Source: Deltaproteobacteria bacterium
Lineage (GTDB): Bacteria; Desulfobacterota; Binatia; JACPRU01
Assembly: GCA_016189835.1 (NCBI GenBank)
Contig: JACPRU010000065.1
Coordinates: 260-64,259, forward strand
Direction: 5' to 3'
Length of the DNA stretch: 64,000 nt
Shown: positions 1 to 7,751 of the stretch, in pieces
Numbering within the stretch: the first letter of the stretch is position 1
How the letters are laid out: the number at the start of each line of letters is the position of its first letter
Made by a program: the position numbers and the translations under genes
Notes under the pieces: generated by a model
Told to the model about the DNA's origin: nothing
What the model saw: only the letters and a program-made list of their open reading frames with translations
Database searches by the model: none

Positions 1-300
1 GCGCCGTGATCTCGGCTTCTCGCTGACCACGATCTCAACGTCGCGATTGAGCGCGTTCAGAAACCGAATCAGCCGCTCGACCGAGAAGCCGCTGAGCCGC
101 CCATTCCGAAGCGCCGACACCTTCGGCTGATCTATGCCCAGGATTTTCGCCGCTTCAGCCTGGGTCAAGCCTCGCTTCCGAATGCTTTGCTCGATCTCGT
201 AAGCCAAGCGGGCCTTCGCAAGAGCCTCTTCAGGCTGGGGTCGCCCCAAGTCAGCAAATACGTTGCCGCTGCTCCGCGTGACCTTGATGCGCGCGCTCAT
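1..300 (-). CDS. HigA-like XRE/HTH antitoxin, runs off the left edge
   Basis: Hand translation from ATG at 300: MSARIKVTRSSGNVFADLG...RGLTQAEAAKILGIDQPKVSALRNGRLSGFSVERL. Its ATG overlaps the toxin stop (ATGA). Confidence 0.9.
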   Translation of the reverse strand, partial: MSARIKVTRSSGNVFADLGRPQPEEALAKARLAYEIEQSIRKRGLTQAEAAKILGIDQPKVSALRNGRLSGFSVERLIRFLNALNRDVEIVVSEKPRSRR

Positions 301-680
301 TGCCTGCCTCCCGAAGTCGCCTCGGTATCCATCTCCGCTGCCCGCGTCAGTCTCTGCTCGATCAACTCGACGTCCCTCCTCGGCGTCTCGACTCCCTTCT
401 TCGACTTTTTCTGAAACGCATGCAGTACGTATACCGCGTGAACCAAACGCACCGTATACACCGCTCGGTACGTATCTCCTTGGTGATCCGAGATCATCTC
501 GAGAACCCGGCCTCCCTTGAACCCCTTGAGCGGCTTGGTCTTGCGGTGCTTATCGCCCATCTGCGCGAGGTAGATTCCATAACCCATCTCATCCTGAACC
601 TCGTCCGGGAACCTCTTCAGGTCCTCAAGGCTCGTGCCCACCCACACTGCCGGTCTCGGCTTACGCCCTTCCTCCCCCAC
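297..680 (-). CDS. RelE/HigB-family (phage Gp49-like) type II toxin
   Basis: WVGTSLEDLKRFP...YRAVYTVRLVHAVYVLHAFQKKSKKG motif; toxin-first order. Start placed at GTG 680, downstream of the putative promoter/operator (ORF track uses 698). Confidence 0.88.
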   Translation of the reverse strand: MGEEGRKPRPAVWVGTSLEDLKRFPDEVQDEMGYGIYLAQMGDKHRKTKPLKGFKGGRVLEMISDHQGDTYRAVYTVRLVHAVYVLHAFQKKSKKGVETPRRDVELIEQRLTRAAEMDTEATSGGRQ

Positions 681-687
681 GACCGTA

Positions 688-707
688 CCATGCCACATCT
701 AGCATGG
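688..707. promoter_or_regulatory. Inverted repeat CCATGC-N8-GCATGG, likely antitoxin operator of TA module 1
   Basis: Palindrome immediately upstream of the toxin start; type II TA autoregulation is the established model. Confidence 0.5.
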
Positions 708-730
708 GTGCGCAAGGCGGCCTAACCAAG

Positions 731-868
731 GCCTAACCAGGCGCTGCAGCTGACGCCGAGCAGCTGTCCTGACTCACCGCCGGTGGTTCGCGCCTCTCGC
801 TTTTTCGGTCGGGTCGTCTCGTGGTATGCATCGACTGCTCGGCGCAGCTGAGCGCCAAAGCGTTAGGC
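731..868 (+). mobile_element. attC: Integron attC recombination site
   Basis: R'' GCCTAAC (731-737), 5-nt spacer, L'' GCTGCAGC. Arm TGACGCCGAGCAG pairs with CTGCTCGGCGCA with one extra base. L' GCTGAGC, R' GTTAGGC (862-868). Preceded by a short tandem duplication of GGCCTAACCA (719-739). Confidence 0.88.
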
Positions 869-1174
869 TGCTTCGGGATGTTTGCGACGACGTTGAGCCA
901 CGTGGAGCCGCACGCGCATTCCCGCGCGCGAGAGCATCTCCACGAGTCCATCGATACTGAACAGATCGATTCGGCCGCGGACGAGATCACTGATCCGCGG
1001 CTGTGTGGCACCCAACAGCCTGGCAGCCTCAGCTTGCGTGACCTTTCGTCGCTTGATGAGCCGGGTGATCTGCAACATGAGCTCCGCTCGAAGCTTGAGG
1101 CTTTCCGCCTCCTGCCTGCTGAAACCGAGATCACGGAACACATTCCCCCTCGATCGCTCAATCTTCATTGCCAT
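863..1174 (-). CDS. HigA-like XRE/HTH antitoxin
   Basis: SRGNVFRDLGF...VTQAEAARLLGATQPRISDLVRGRIDLFSIDGL; its TAA stop lies inside the attC R' box. Confidence 0.9.
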   Translation of the reverse strand: MAMKIERSRGNVFRDLGFSRQEAESLKLRAELMLQITRLIKRRKVTQAEAARLLGATQPRISDLVRGRIDLFSIDGLVEMLSRAGMRVRLHVAQRRRKHPEAA

Positions 1175-1179
1175 CGTCT

Positions 1180-1530
1180 CTATTCCCAGTTCCGGCTCTT
1201 CCGAGCGGTCCGTCGCGCGTTGAGAAGGGCCTTCAGCCTCGTTCGCGCGAGCTCGATGTCCTCTCTCGCCGTCTTCCTTGCCTTTTTCTCGAAGGCATGG
1301 AGCACGTAGATCGATTCCTCAAGGCGCGTCACGTACAAGACGCGATGTTCGAGCTTGGTATGAATTCGAATCTCCTGAACCCCCAGGCCAACGCTTGGCA
1401 TCGCCTTCCAATCCGTCGGTTCGGTCCCGCTCTGCACGAGGTAAAGTTCATAGCCTGTCCGTTTCCGCGCATCGTCCGGAAACCCGCGCACGTCTCTTCG
1501 CGAGGAGCCCAACCACGTCAGCTGCCGCAT
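1180..1530 (-). CDS. RelE/HigB-family (Gp49-like) type II toxin
   Basis: MRQLTWLGSSRRDVRGFP...DWKAMPSVGLGVQEIRI...YVLHAFEKKARKT; start moved to ATG 1530, downstream of the promoter. Confidence 0.9.
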   Translation of the reverse strand: MRQLTWLGSSRRDVRGFPDDARKRTGYELYLVQSGTEPTDWKAMPSVGLGVQEIRIHTKLEHRVLYVTRLEESIYVLHAFEKKARKTAREDIELARTRLKALLNARRTARKSRNWE

Positions 1531-1540
1531 CCCATCACGC

Positions 1541-1568
1541 AGTATACAAGATTCTGTATGCGTGGCAA
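1541..1568 (-). promoter_or_regulatory. Sigma-70 promoter of TA module 2 with overlapping operator
   Basis: Minus strand TTGCCA-N16-TATACT; inverted repeat ATACA-N6-TGTAT (1544-1559). Confidence 0.65.
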
Positions 1569-1571
1569 GCA

Positions 1572-1589
1572 GCCTAACGGTCGTTGGGC
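1572..1589 (+). mobile_element. Collapsed attC site (R'' and R' boxes only)
   Basis: GCCTAAC-GGTC-GTTGGGC exactly at the boundary between two TA modules. Confidence 0.6.
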
Positions 1590-1628
1590 GGCTGAGAGTT
1601 GGGCACGCGAGCATCGCCAGCGACGCTC

Positions 1629-1657
1629 TTGAAGAGCCTACATGATGTAGCTACACT
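1629..1657 (+). promoter_or_regulatory. Sigma-70 promoter of the BrnT/BrnA module, probably leaderless, with palindromic operator
   Basis: TTGAAG-N17-TACACT, 6 nt before GTG 1664; CTACA-TGA-TGTAG inverted repeat in the spacer. Confidence 0.65.
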
Positions 1658-1663
1658 CCGGCG

Positions 1664-1824
1664 GTGCGGTTTGAGTGGGATGAGGCGAAGCGGAAGGCAT
1701 TCTGGGCGGTCGCGTCGTAGCCATCGCCCACACAGAGCGTGAGGATGCCATCCGGTTCATCTCCATCAGGCGGGCAACCAAGAATGAGGAAAAGAAGTAC
1801 TTCGCGAAGATCCCCGAGGCGTAA
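1664..1824 (+). pseudogene. brnT: BrnT-family toxin with internal deletion and frameshift
   Basis: N-terminus (M)RFEWDEAKRKA is joined out of frame to the C-terminus LGGRVVAIAHTEREDAIRFISIRRATKNEEKKY; the central part of the family is missing. Confidence 0.8.
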
Positions 1825-2038
1825 GGGCATCAATCTCTCGGATATCCCCGAGGTGTCTCCCGAGGCGTTCGCTAGAGGGTTGGTTCGCAAGGGGCTAGAG
1901 CCGGTGGCTCGCAAAGCGCAGGTCACCCTGCGGATCGACGCCGACGTCATCGAGTGGTTCCGGGACCGAGGTCGGGGCTACCAGACTCGGATCAACGCGG
2001 TTCTCAAGGCGTTCAAAGACGCCCACGGTCGTGCCTAG
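1784..2038 (+). CDS. brnA: BrnA-family antitoxin (RHH)
   Basis: INLSDIPE...KAQVTLRIDADVIEWFRDRGRGYQTRINAVLKAF. Confidence 0.9.
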   Translation: MRKRSTSRRSPRRKGINLSDIPEVSPEAFARGLVRKGLEPVARKAQVTLRIDADVIEWFRDRGRGYQTRINAVLKAFKDAHGRA

Positions 2039-2896
2039 TAGGCGGGGAAACGCTCGACGTGCAGGCGAGGATGGCGGGCAAGGAGTTGGCGGACGGCGGG
2101 ACCGCGATGAATGGAGCCTCCGTCCCAGAGCAGGATGATGTGCCCGCTCAGGTGCCGCAGCAGCAGGCGCAATAAGCAGCGACCTCGAGGTGGGTACTGT
2201 TGTCGAAGTGGAAGTGGAGGCCCAGGCGACGACGCCGGGGACTCACGGTCACTGCGGAGATCGCCGAGATCTTGTCGCGCTCGTAGCGGTGGAAGACCAG
2301 CGGCGTCTTGCCGCAGGGAGCCCAGGTGCGGCGCACGGTCGGGATGAGAAGGAAGCCGCTCTCGTCCAGGAAAACGACATACGCCATCAGTCGTCGGGCT
2401 TTTTTTTAATCTCGACCCAACGGTAGCGCTTCCAATGAGCGATCGCCGCTTCGTTCCGCTCCACTGCCCGTCGTTCGGGCTTCTGATAACTCCACCCGAG
2501 TTCCGCCAGGATGCGGCTCACGTGCGCTGGATGGTAGTCGATCCTCAACTCCTGCTTGATCACGGCGGCGATCCGCCGGGTGGTCCACAGATCGTTCGGG
2601 TAGCCGTAGCGCCGAGCCCCCACGGCAAGGATCTTCGGCAGGCGCTGCCGCTGCCGGGGCGTCAGCTTCGGCGGCCGCCCCGCAGCAGGTCTTGCCGCCA
2701 GACCCTGCTCTCCCTTCCGGCGCCACGTCTCACGCCACTGCCACACGGCGCTCACTGCTGCGCCGATCATCCGCGCCACCGCCGACAGCGAGTTCCCGGC
2801 TTCCAACAGCCGCACTGCCCGCCGCCGACGCCTCTCCAGCTCCGCCGGGCTTCCACGCGCTTCCGGGTCACGATGGGCAGCGCGCGCCTGGGTCAT
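2039..2896 (-). mobile_element. IS630-family transposase remnant (orfA, -1 frameshift, frameshifted and truncated orfB)
   Basis: orfA HTH (WTTRRIAAVI...LGWSYQKPERRAVERNE); A8G slippery site at 2399-2407. orfB VFLDESGF...TWAPCGKTP has a further frameshift, then IILLWDGGSIH...VERFPAY, cut off before the usual PELNPxE. Confidence 0.88.
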
Positions 2897-3112
2897 CCCG
2901 TGCTCGACGACACCGACCAGGCCATCCTCGCCAGCCTCGCCGGCGGCAAGGGGCGCCCGACGAGCGAGATCGCCGAGGCGATCGCACTCACCCCGCGCGC
3001 CACGCGCACCCGTCTGGCCCGGCTCGTCGGCCGCGGGCTGGTGCGCGAGATCGGCACGGGGCCGCAGGACCCGCAGCGGCGCTACTACCTGGCCGATCGA
3101 GGCCCGGCATGA
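2897..3112 (+). pseudogene. C-terminal winged-HTH fragment of a larger protein (type often found next to R-M loci)
   Basis: LDDTDQAILASL...TSEIAEAIALTPRATRTRLARLVGRGLVREIGTGPQDPQRRYYL; no N-terminus; stop overlaps the hsdM start. Confidence 0.6.
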
Positions 3113-3255
3113 AGCTCACCCTCCACAGCAGCTCGAAGCCCACCTCTGGGGCGCGGCGAACATCCTGCGCGGCAAGACCGCGGGGCAGGACTACAAGAAC
3201 TACATCCCGTCGCTGATGTTCTACAAGCGCCTCTGCGACCGGTGGGAGTGCGAGG
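3109..3255 (+). pseudogene. hsdM: Type I R-M methyltransferase HsdM N-terminal fragment, frameshifted
   Basis: MKLTL / QLEAHLWGAANILRGKTAGQDYKNYIPSLMFYKRLCDRWE after a frameshift near 3125. Confidence 0.8.
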
Positions 3256-3492
3256 CTCAAGGACGGCGTACAGGAGCGCTATCTCAGCTACTACGGCATC
3301 CGGCGCGTGATCCAGGACGGGGCCACGCCGGAGGTGCACTACATACGGGACAAGGTGCCGTTCAAGGTGGACGAGGAGCCGCTGAGCGTCGGGTTCGAGC
3401 AGATGTGCGCGGAGATGGAGCTGGGGGACGAGGAGGCGAAGGACTCCATCCAGCGCCAGCGCGCGCAGTGGAAAGAGCTGGCCCGCCATCAC
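3256..3492 (+). pseudogene. hsdR: Internal fragment of type I restriction subunit HsdR
   Basis: YLSYYGIRRVIQDGATPEVHY resembles the HsdR YxIxxAIxDGATxxxxY segment; fused directly to the hsdM fragment. Confidence 0.6.
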
Positions 3493-3493
3493 A

Positions 3494-3520
3494 GCGCAGC
3501 TGAGAGCCGGATCGTGTGGC
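3494..3520 (+). mobile_element. Right-arm remnant of an attC site
   Basis: GCGCAGCTGAGAGCCGGATCGTGTGGC versus the intact attC end GCGCAGCTGAGCGCCAAAGCGTTAGGC; R' box degenerate. Confidence 0.45.
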
Positions 3521-3593
3521 CGCTTGAATCAGTAGTGGTACCGGGCCTGAAGGAAGTCGACGCGATCGGCGCGGGTGAGTGCCAAGTCGTCGA

Positions 3594-5924
3594 TCAGGCG
3601 ATGACCTTCGCGGAGCGCAGCTCGGCGATCTCGACCGCCCCCAGGCCGAGGACGCCGCGCAGCACCGCCTCGGTGTGCTCGCCGTGCAGCGGCCCCGGGC
3701 GGTCGACGCGGCCGGGGGTCGCGGAGAGCTCGGCGGGGACGCCGTCGAGCACCACCGTCCCGCCCTCCGGCGTGGCCACCGCCTTCCAGTAGCCGCGGGC
3801 CCGCAGGTGCGGGTCGTGGGCGCAGAGGTCCTCGCCGTTGGCGACCGTGGAGGCGGCCACGCCGCGCCGCTGGCAGAGCGCGGTGACCTCCTCGGGGGCG
3901 TGCGTCGCCGTCCAGCGCTCGACGAGCGCGTCCAGTGCCGCGGCGTCGGCCAGGCGCGAATCGGCGGTGGCGAAGCGGGGATCGGCCGTCCAGGGCTCGC
4001 CGACGACAGCCGCGAACGCCCGCCATTCGGGCTCGCTCAGCACCGCGATCGCCACCCAGCGGTCGTCGCCGGCGCAGCGGTAGACGCCGTGCGGCGCGCC
4101 CGGAGCTTCCTGGGAGCGGTTCTCGGGCCGCTCGGGCTCTGCTCCCCGATTGGCGAGCTCGACGAGCATCGGGCCCATCAGCGCGGTGACGCTCTCGAGC
4201 TCCGAGAGGTCGACGAACTGCCCCTCGCCGGTGCGGCGGCGATGATGCAGGGCGGCGACCACGGCGAGCGCACCGGCGAGCCCCGCGCAGACGTCGGCGT
4301 GCGAGAAGCCCCAGCCCACCGGCTCGCCGCCGCGCCGGCGCATCAGAGCCGTGTGGCCGCAGAGCGCTTGCAGCGTCGGGCCGAAGCTCACCCAGTCGCG
4401 CCGCGGACCGCTCGCTCCGAAGCCCGACATCGCGACGGCGATGACGTCGGGGCGCAACCGGCGCAGGCCGTCGTAGTCGAGGCCCCATTGCGCCATGACG
4501 CGCGGGCTGAAGTTGTCGATCACCACGTCGCTGCGCGCCGCCAGGCGCCGGGCGAGAGCGATGCCCCGCGGGCCCCCGAGGTCGAGGATCACGCTCTGCT
4601 TGCCGCGGTTCAGGTTGCCGAACAGCCCGCCGCGCCGCTCGGCGTCGAGCGTGGCCGGGCGCTCGACCTTGATCACCTCGGCGCCGTGGTCGGCGAGGAT
4701 GCGGCTGGCCAGCGGGCCGGCGAAGACGTGCGTGAAATCGAGCACGCGGATGCCGTCGAGCGGCCGGCCGGCCGGGAGCGGCGAGGCGGCCGGGAGCGCC
4801 GCGCTCGGCGCCGGCGCGGCCGCTTCCGCCGCCCGGCCGGCGTCGCCGAGCGCCGGCGCGGCCGCGCGCGTTCGCAGCGGCGAGCGCGACATGCGAAACG
4901 GCGGACCCGGGAAGCGCAGCCGCGTTCCCGGGATCGGCGCGAAGAAGCCGCGCGCGGCGAGCTGCGGATCGCAGAGCAGCGCCTGCGGTCCGCGCACGGC
5001 GGCGAACGGCAGGCGGCGGAGCTGCGCCCCCTCGAGGATCTCCGCGGCGGTCCGATCCGCCGCCCAACGGTTGAGCCGCGCGTAGATCTCGCCGGCGTGC
5101 TCGCGGCGGACCTCGAGGTCGTCCCACTCCCGCTCGGCGAGAGGGCCGCCGACGCCCTGCTTCATCGTCCAGCCGGCGAGCGTCGCCCAGTCCCCCATGA
5201 GCGACAGCGTCGCGTGGCCGTCGCGACAGCGGGTGGTGCGGAACAAGCCGCTCCAGTGCAGCGGCGCGCGGCGCGGCTCGATGCGGCGCTCGTGGTTCCA
5301 GGCCGCGCTCACCTGCTCGAGCGCGCCGACCACCGCTTCCTGGACGCTGACGTCGACCGTCTGGCCGCGCCCGCTCCGCTGCCGCTCGACGAGCGCGAGC
5401 AGCGCGCCGATCACGGCGTGGATCGAGGCCGCGTGATAGGCCTGGAGGCCGAAGCCCTGCAGCGGCGCCTCGCCGGCGAACCCGTTGGGGAACAGCATGC
5501 CGCCCGCGGCCTGCGCCACCAGGTCGGAGCAGCGAAAGCCCGCGTGCGGTCCGCTCGGCCCGAACGGCGTGACCCGCACGGCCACCAGGCGCGGGTTCGT
5601 GCGGCGCACGGCTTCGGCGTCGAGGCCGTACGGCGGGGGCTCGGACGGCGGCGTGGAATCGAGCCAGACGTCGGCCGAGGCGAGCAGCCGCCGCAGGCCG
5701 GCCGCGTCGGCGCGGCGCGCGGGGTCGCAGACCACGCTCCGCTTGCCGGCGTTGTAGAACGCGAAGAACGAGCCGCGCGGGGGAACGCGCCGCGACGGCG
5801 CGCCGGACGGCGGCTCGATCTTCCAGACCCGGGCGCCGAGGTCGGCGAGCAGCCGCCCGGCGAGCTCGGCGGCGGCGCCGGCGGTCTCGATCACGCGGAC
5901 GGCGTCGAGCGCGCCTTCAGACAC
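3594..5924 (-). CDS. Family III (CaiB/BaiF) CoA-transferase with two fused domains
   Basis: Two repeats of LADxGAxVxKxE...NxGKxSV; the catalytic Asp context (SHADVCAG) is seen only in the C-terminal half. Confidence 0.92.
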   Translation of the reverse strand: MSEGALDAVRVIETAGAAAELAGRLLADLGARVWKIEPPSGAPSRRVPPRGSFFAFYNAGKRSVVCDPARRADAAGLRRLLASADVWLDSTPPSEPPPYGLDAEAVRRTNPRLVAVRVTPFGPSGPHAGFRCSDLVAQAAGGMLFPNGFAGEAPLQGFGLQAYHAASIHAVIGALLALVERQRSGRGQTVDVSVQEAVVGALEQVSAAWNHERRIEPRRAPLHWSGLFRTTRCRDGHATLSLMGDWATLAGWTMKQGVGGPLAEREWDDLEVRREHAGEIYARLNRWAADRTAAEILEGAQLRRLPFAAVRGPQALLCDPQLAARGFFAPIPGTRLRFPGPPFRMSRSPLRTRAAAPALGDAGRAAEAAAPAPSAALPAASPLPAGRPLDGIRVLDFTHVFAGPLASRILADHGAEVIKVERPATLDAERRGGLFGNLNRGKQSVILDLGGPRGIALARRLAARSDVVIDNFSPRVMAQWGLDYDGLRRLRPDVIAVAMSGFGASGPRRDWVSFGPTLQALCGHTALMRRRGGEPVGWGFSHADVCAGLAGALAVVAALHHRRRTGEGQFVDLSELESVTALMGPMLVELANRGAEPERPENRSQEAPGAPHGVYRCAGDDRWVAIAVLSEPEWRAFAAVVGEPWTADPRFATADSRLADAAALDALVERWTATHAPEEVTALCQRRGVAASTVANGEDLCAHDPHLRARGYWKAVATPEGGTVVLDGVPAELSATPGRVDRPGPLHGEHTEAVLRGVLGLGAVEIAELRSAKVIA

Positions 5925-7506
5925 GCGTGAACAGATCGCCGGCCGTCTCCGCCGTCAGCTCCGAGACGCGCGAGACGCGGTCGGCGAGCTCCGCCAGGGT
6001 TTCGAGCGTCGAGCCGCCGACGTCGATGAGGATCGCGTAGAGCGAGAAGTCGAGGCGCTGCTTCTCGGCGAGGAAGCGCCGCTTCCATTCTTCGCTCACC
6101 CGGCATTCGCCGTCGCTGATCAGCACGACGTCGCCGCGGCGGAAGCGCGAGTCGCCGAGGCACTCGACCGCGGCGTCGAGCGGGTGCTCGAAGTCGGTGC
6201 CGCCGCCGGCGAAGTAGTCGGCGAGATCGAGCGAGCCCTCGAGATCCGCGGCGTAGCGCTCGCCGCGGTTCAAGTCGAGCGTGTACAGGCCGGTCTCCGG
6301 AGAGGAGAAGAGGATCGCCCGGAAGCGCCGCCGCTCGCGCCGGGCGATGTCGAGCAGCGTCAACGCCACGGCCTTAGACCAGATCTCCTTGTCGCCCGCC
6401 ATCGAGGAGCTGGTGTCGAGGCAGACCACCATCGGGCCGCGGCCCCGCTCGTCGTCGCCGCGCAGGCGGTACTGGAGGAGCGCGCCCTCGACGTAGCGGC
6501 GCCTCCAATCGAGCCGCAGCACGGGATGGCGCAGGCCGATCAACTCCTGGGGCAAGAGCCGCGCGAGCTCGCGTCCGGTCTCGACGTCGAGGATCTCCTC
6601 GCTCGGGCGCTCGAACAGCCGGTGACGCAGCGCCAGCGCCTGCTCGCGCATGCGGCCGAGGAGCCGGGAGAGCTTGCGGAGCTTCGGATTGTGCGCCAGG
6701 CGCCGGCCGAGCTCGAGACTGCGCGCCGCCGAGCCGGGGCCGCGCGCGCCGAGCGCCCGCCCCCAGCTCTCCGCCTCGTCGGCGGCGTCGTCGAGCTCCT
6801 GGGCGACGCCGAGGGCCTCGGCCTCGAGCCGCTTCTTGCCCGCTTCGGCGCGGTTGGCGACGTCGCGCGCGACCTCCGCGGCGCGGCGCTCGAGCCGCCG
6901 CTCGGCCACCAGCGCCTCGCGCGCGAGGCGCTCGCGCAGCGCGTCGATCTCGGAGCGCGCGTCCTCGCCGAGCTCCGCGTCGCCCCGCATCTCCTCGGCG
7001 CGCTCGATCTCGCGCAGACGCTCGGCGTGCTCGGCCTCGTCGTGCCGCAGCGCGAAGTGGTCGAGGAGATCGCGCCGCGAGAACAGCTTTTCGGAGCGCA
7101 GCAGCTCGAGCGCGCGCTCGCCGAGCAGCACGGCGCCGAGCCCGGCGCGGATCTCGTCGAGCTGGGTGCGCGCCTTCAGGTGCTCGTAGGGGGTGGAGGC
7201 CAGCAGGCCGTCGAGCAGCACGCGGTTCACGCGCGCGCTCGGCGCCACGGAGGATTCGGGGAGCGGGAGCACGTTGTACTTGTAGAGCGCGGCGAACAGA
7301 TCCTGAAGCAGCGCGGCGAACTGCGGCAGCAAGACCGCGCCACGCTCCTCGACCGCCCGCAGCGATGCCGAATCCCGGCGCAGCTCCTCGAAGCGCGCGC
7401 GGTCGTAGGAGTCGGTCTCGATCCACGCGGTGCCGGAAGGAATCCGGTGCCGCCGGGTGGTCGCGGATGCCGGCGGAGCGGCGGGTTTCCGGCGTCGACG
7501 CCTCAG
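5917..7506 (-). CDS. ViaA-like VWA-domain protein; start uncertain (CTG 7506 or TTG 7332)
   Basis: ELARLLPQEL, MIDAS motif CLDTSSSMAG, GGGTDF, VVLISDGE; frame open upstream to the stop of the preceding gene. Confidence 0.85.
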   Translation of the reverse strand: MRRRRRKPAAPPASATTRRHRIPSGTAWIETDSYDRARFEELRRDSASLRAVEERGAVLLPQFAALLQDLFAALYKYNVLPLPESSVAPSARVNRVLLDGLLASTPYEHLKARTQLDEIRAGLGAVLLGERALELLRSEKLFSRRDLLDHFALRHDEAEHAERLREIERAEEMRGDAELGEDARSEIDALRERLAREALVAERRLERRAAEVARDVANRAEAGKKRLEAEALGVAQELDDAADEAESWGRALGARGPGSAARSLELGRRLAHNPKLRKLSRLLGRMREQALALRHRLFERPSEEILDVETGRELARLLPQELIGLRHPVLRLDWRRRYVEGALLQYRLRGDDERGRGPMVVCLDTSSSMAGDKEIWSKAVALTLLDIARRERRRFRAILFSSPETGLYTLDLNRGERYAADLEGSLDLADYFAGGGTDFEHPLDAAVECLGDSRFRRGDVVLISDGECRVSEEWKRRFLAEKQRLDFSLYAILIDVGGSTLETLAELADRVSRVSELTAETAGDLFTRV

Positions 7507-7709
7507 TGGTGGAACTCTTTCTTGGTGTAGAACTGCTCGAGGCCGGAGAGCACCTCCACGAGGTGCGCGAACTCGTCCTCGTTCAGGTAGATGTCGACGC
7601 CGTGGTTGTAGAGCGAGAAGGCGACGTTGGTGCGCCCCTCGTCATCCCAGTAGCGGAGCACGCGGAAGCACTCGCACTCGTAGAGAACCTTCTCGTCCTT
7701 TTCGCCCAT
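7503..7709 (-). CDS. 68-aa hypothetical protein
   Basis: AAGGA RBS before ATG, host-like codon usage, non-shadow composition, co-oriented within the operon. Confidence 0.75.
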   Translation of the reverse strand: MGEKDEKVLYECECFRVLRYWDDEGRTNVAFSLYNHGVDIYLNEDEFAHLVEVLSGLEQFYTKKEFHH

Positions 7710-7751
7710 GAGGGATCCTTTCGAAGCCAGGCTAGCACGTTCGCGCGGGGG

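Noticed and set aside
3521-3593. Minus-strand peptide tail LIDDLALTRADRVDFLQARYHY at the island edge
   Set aside because: Too short to assign; may be a gene remnant or chance.
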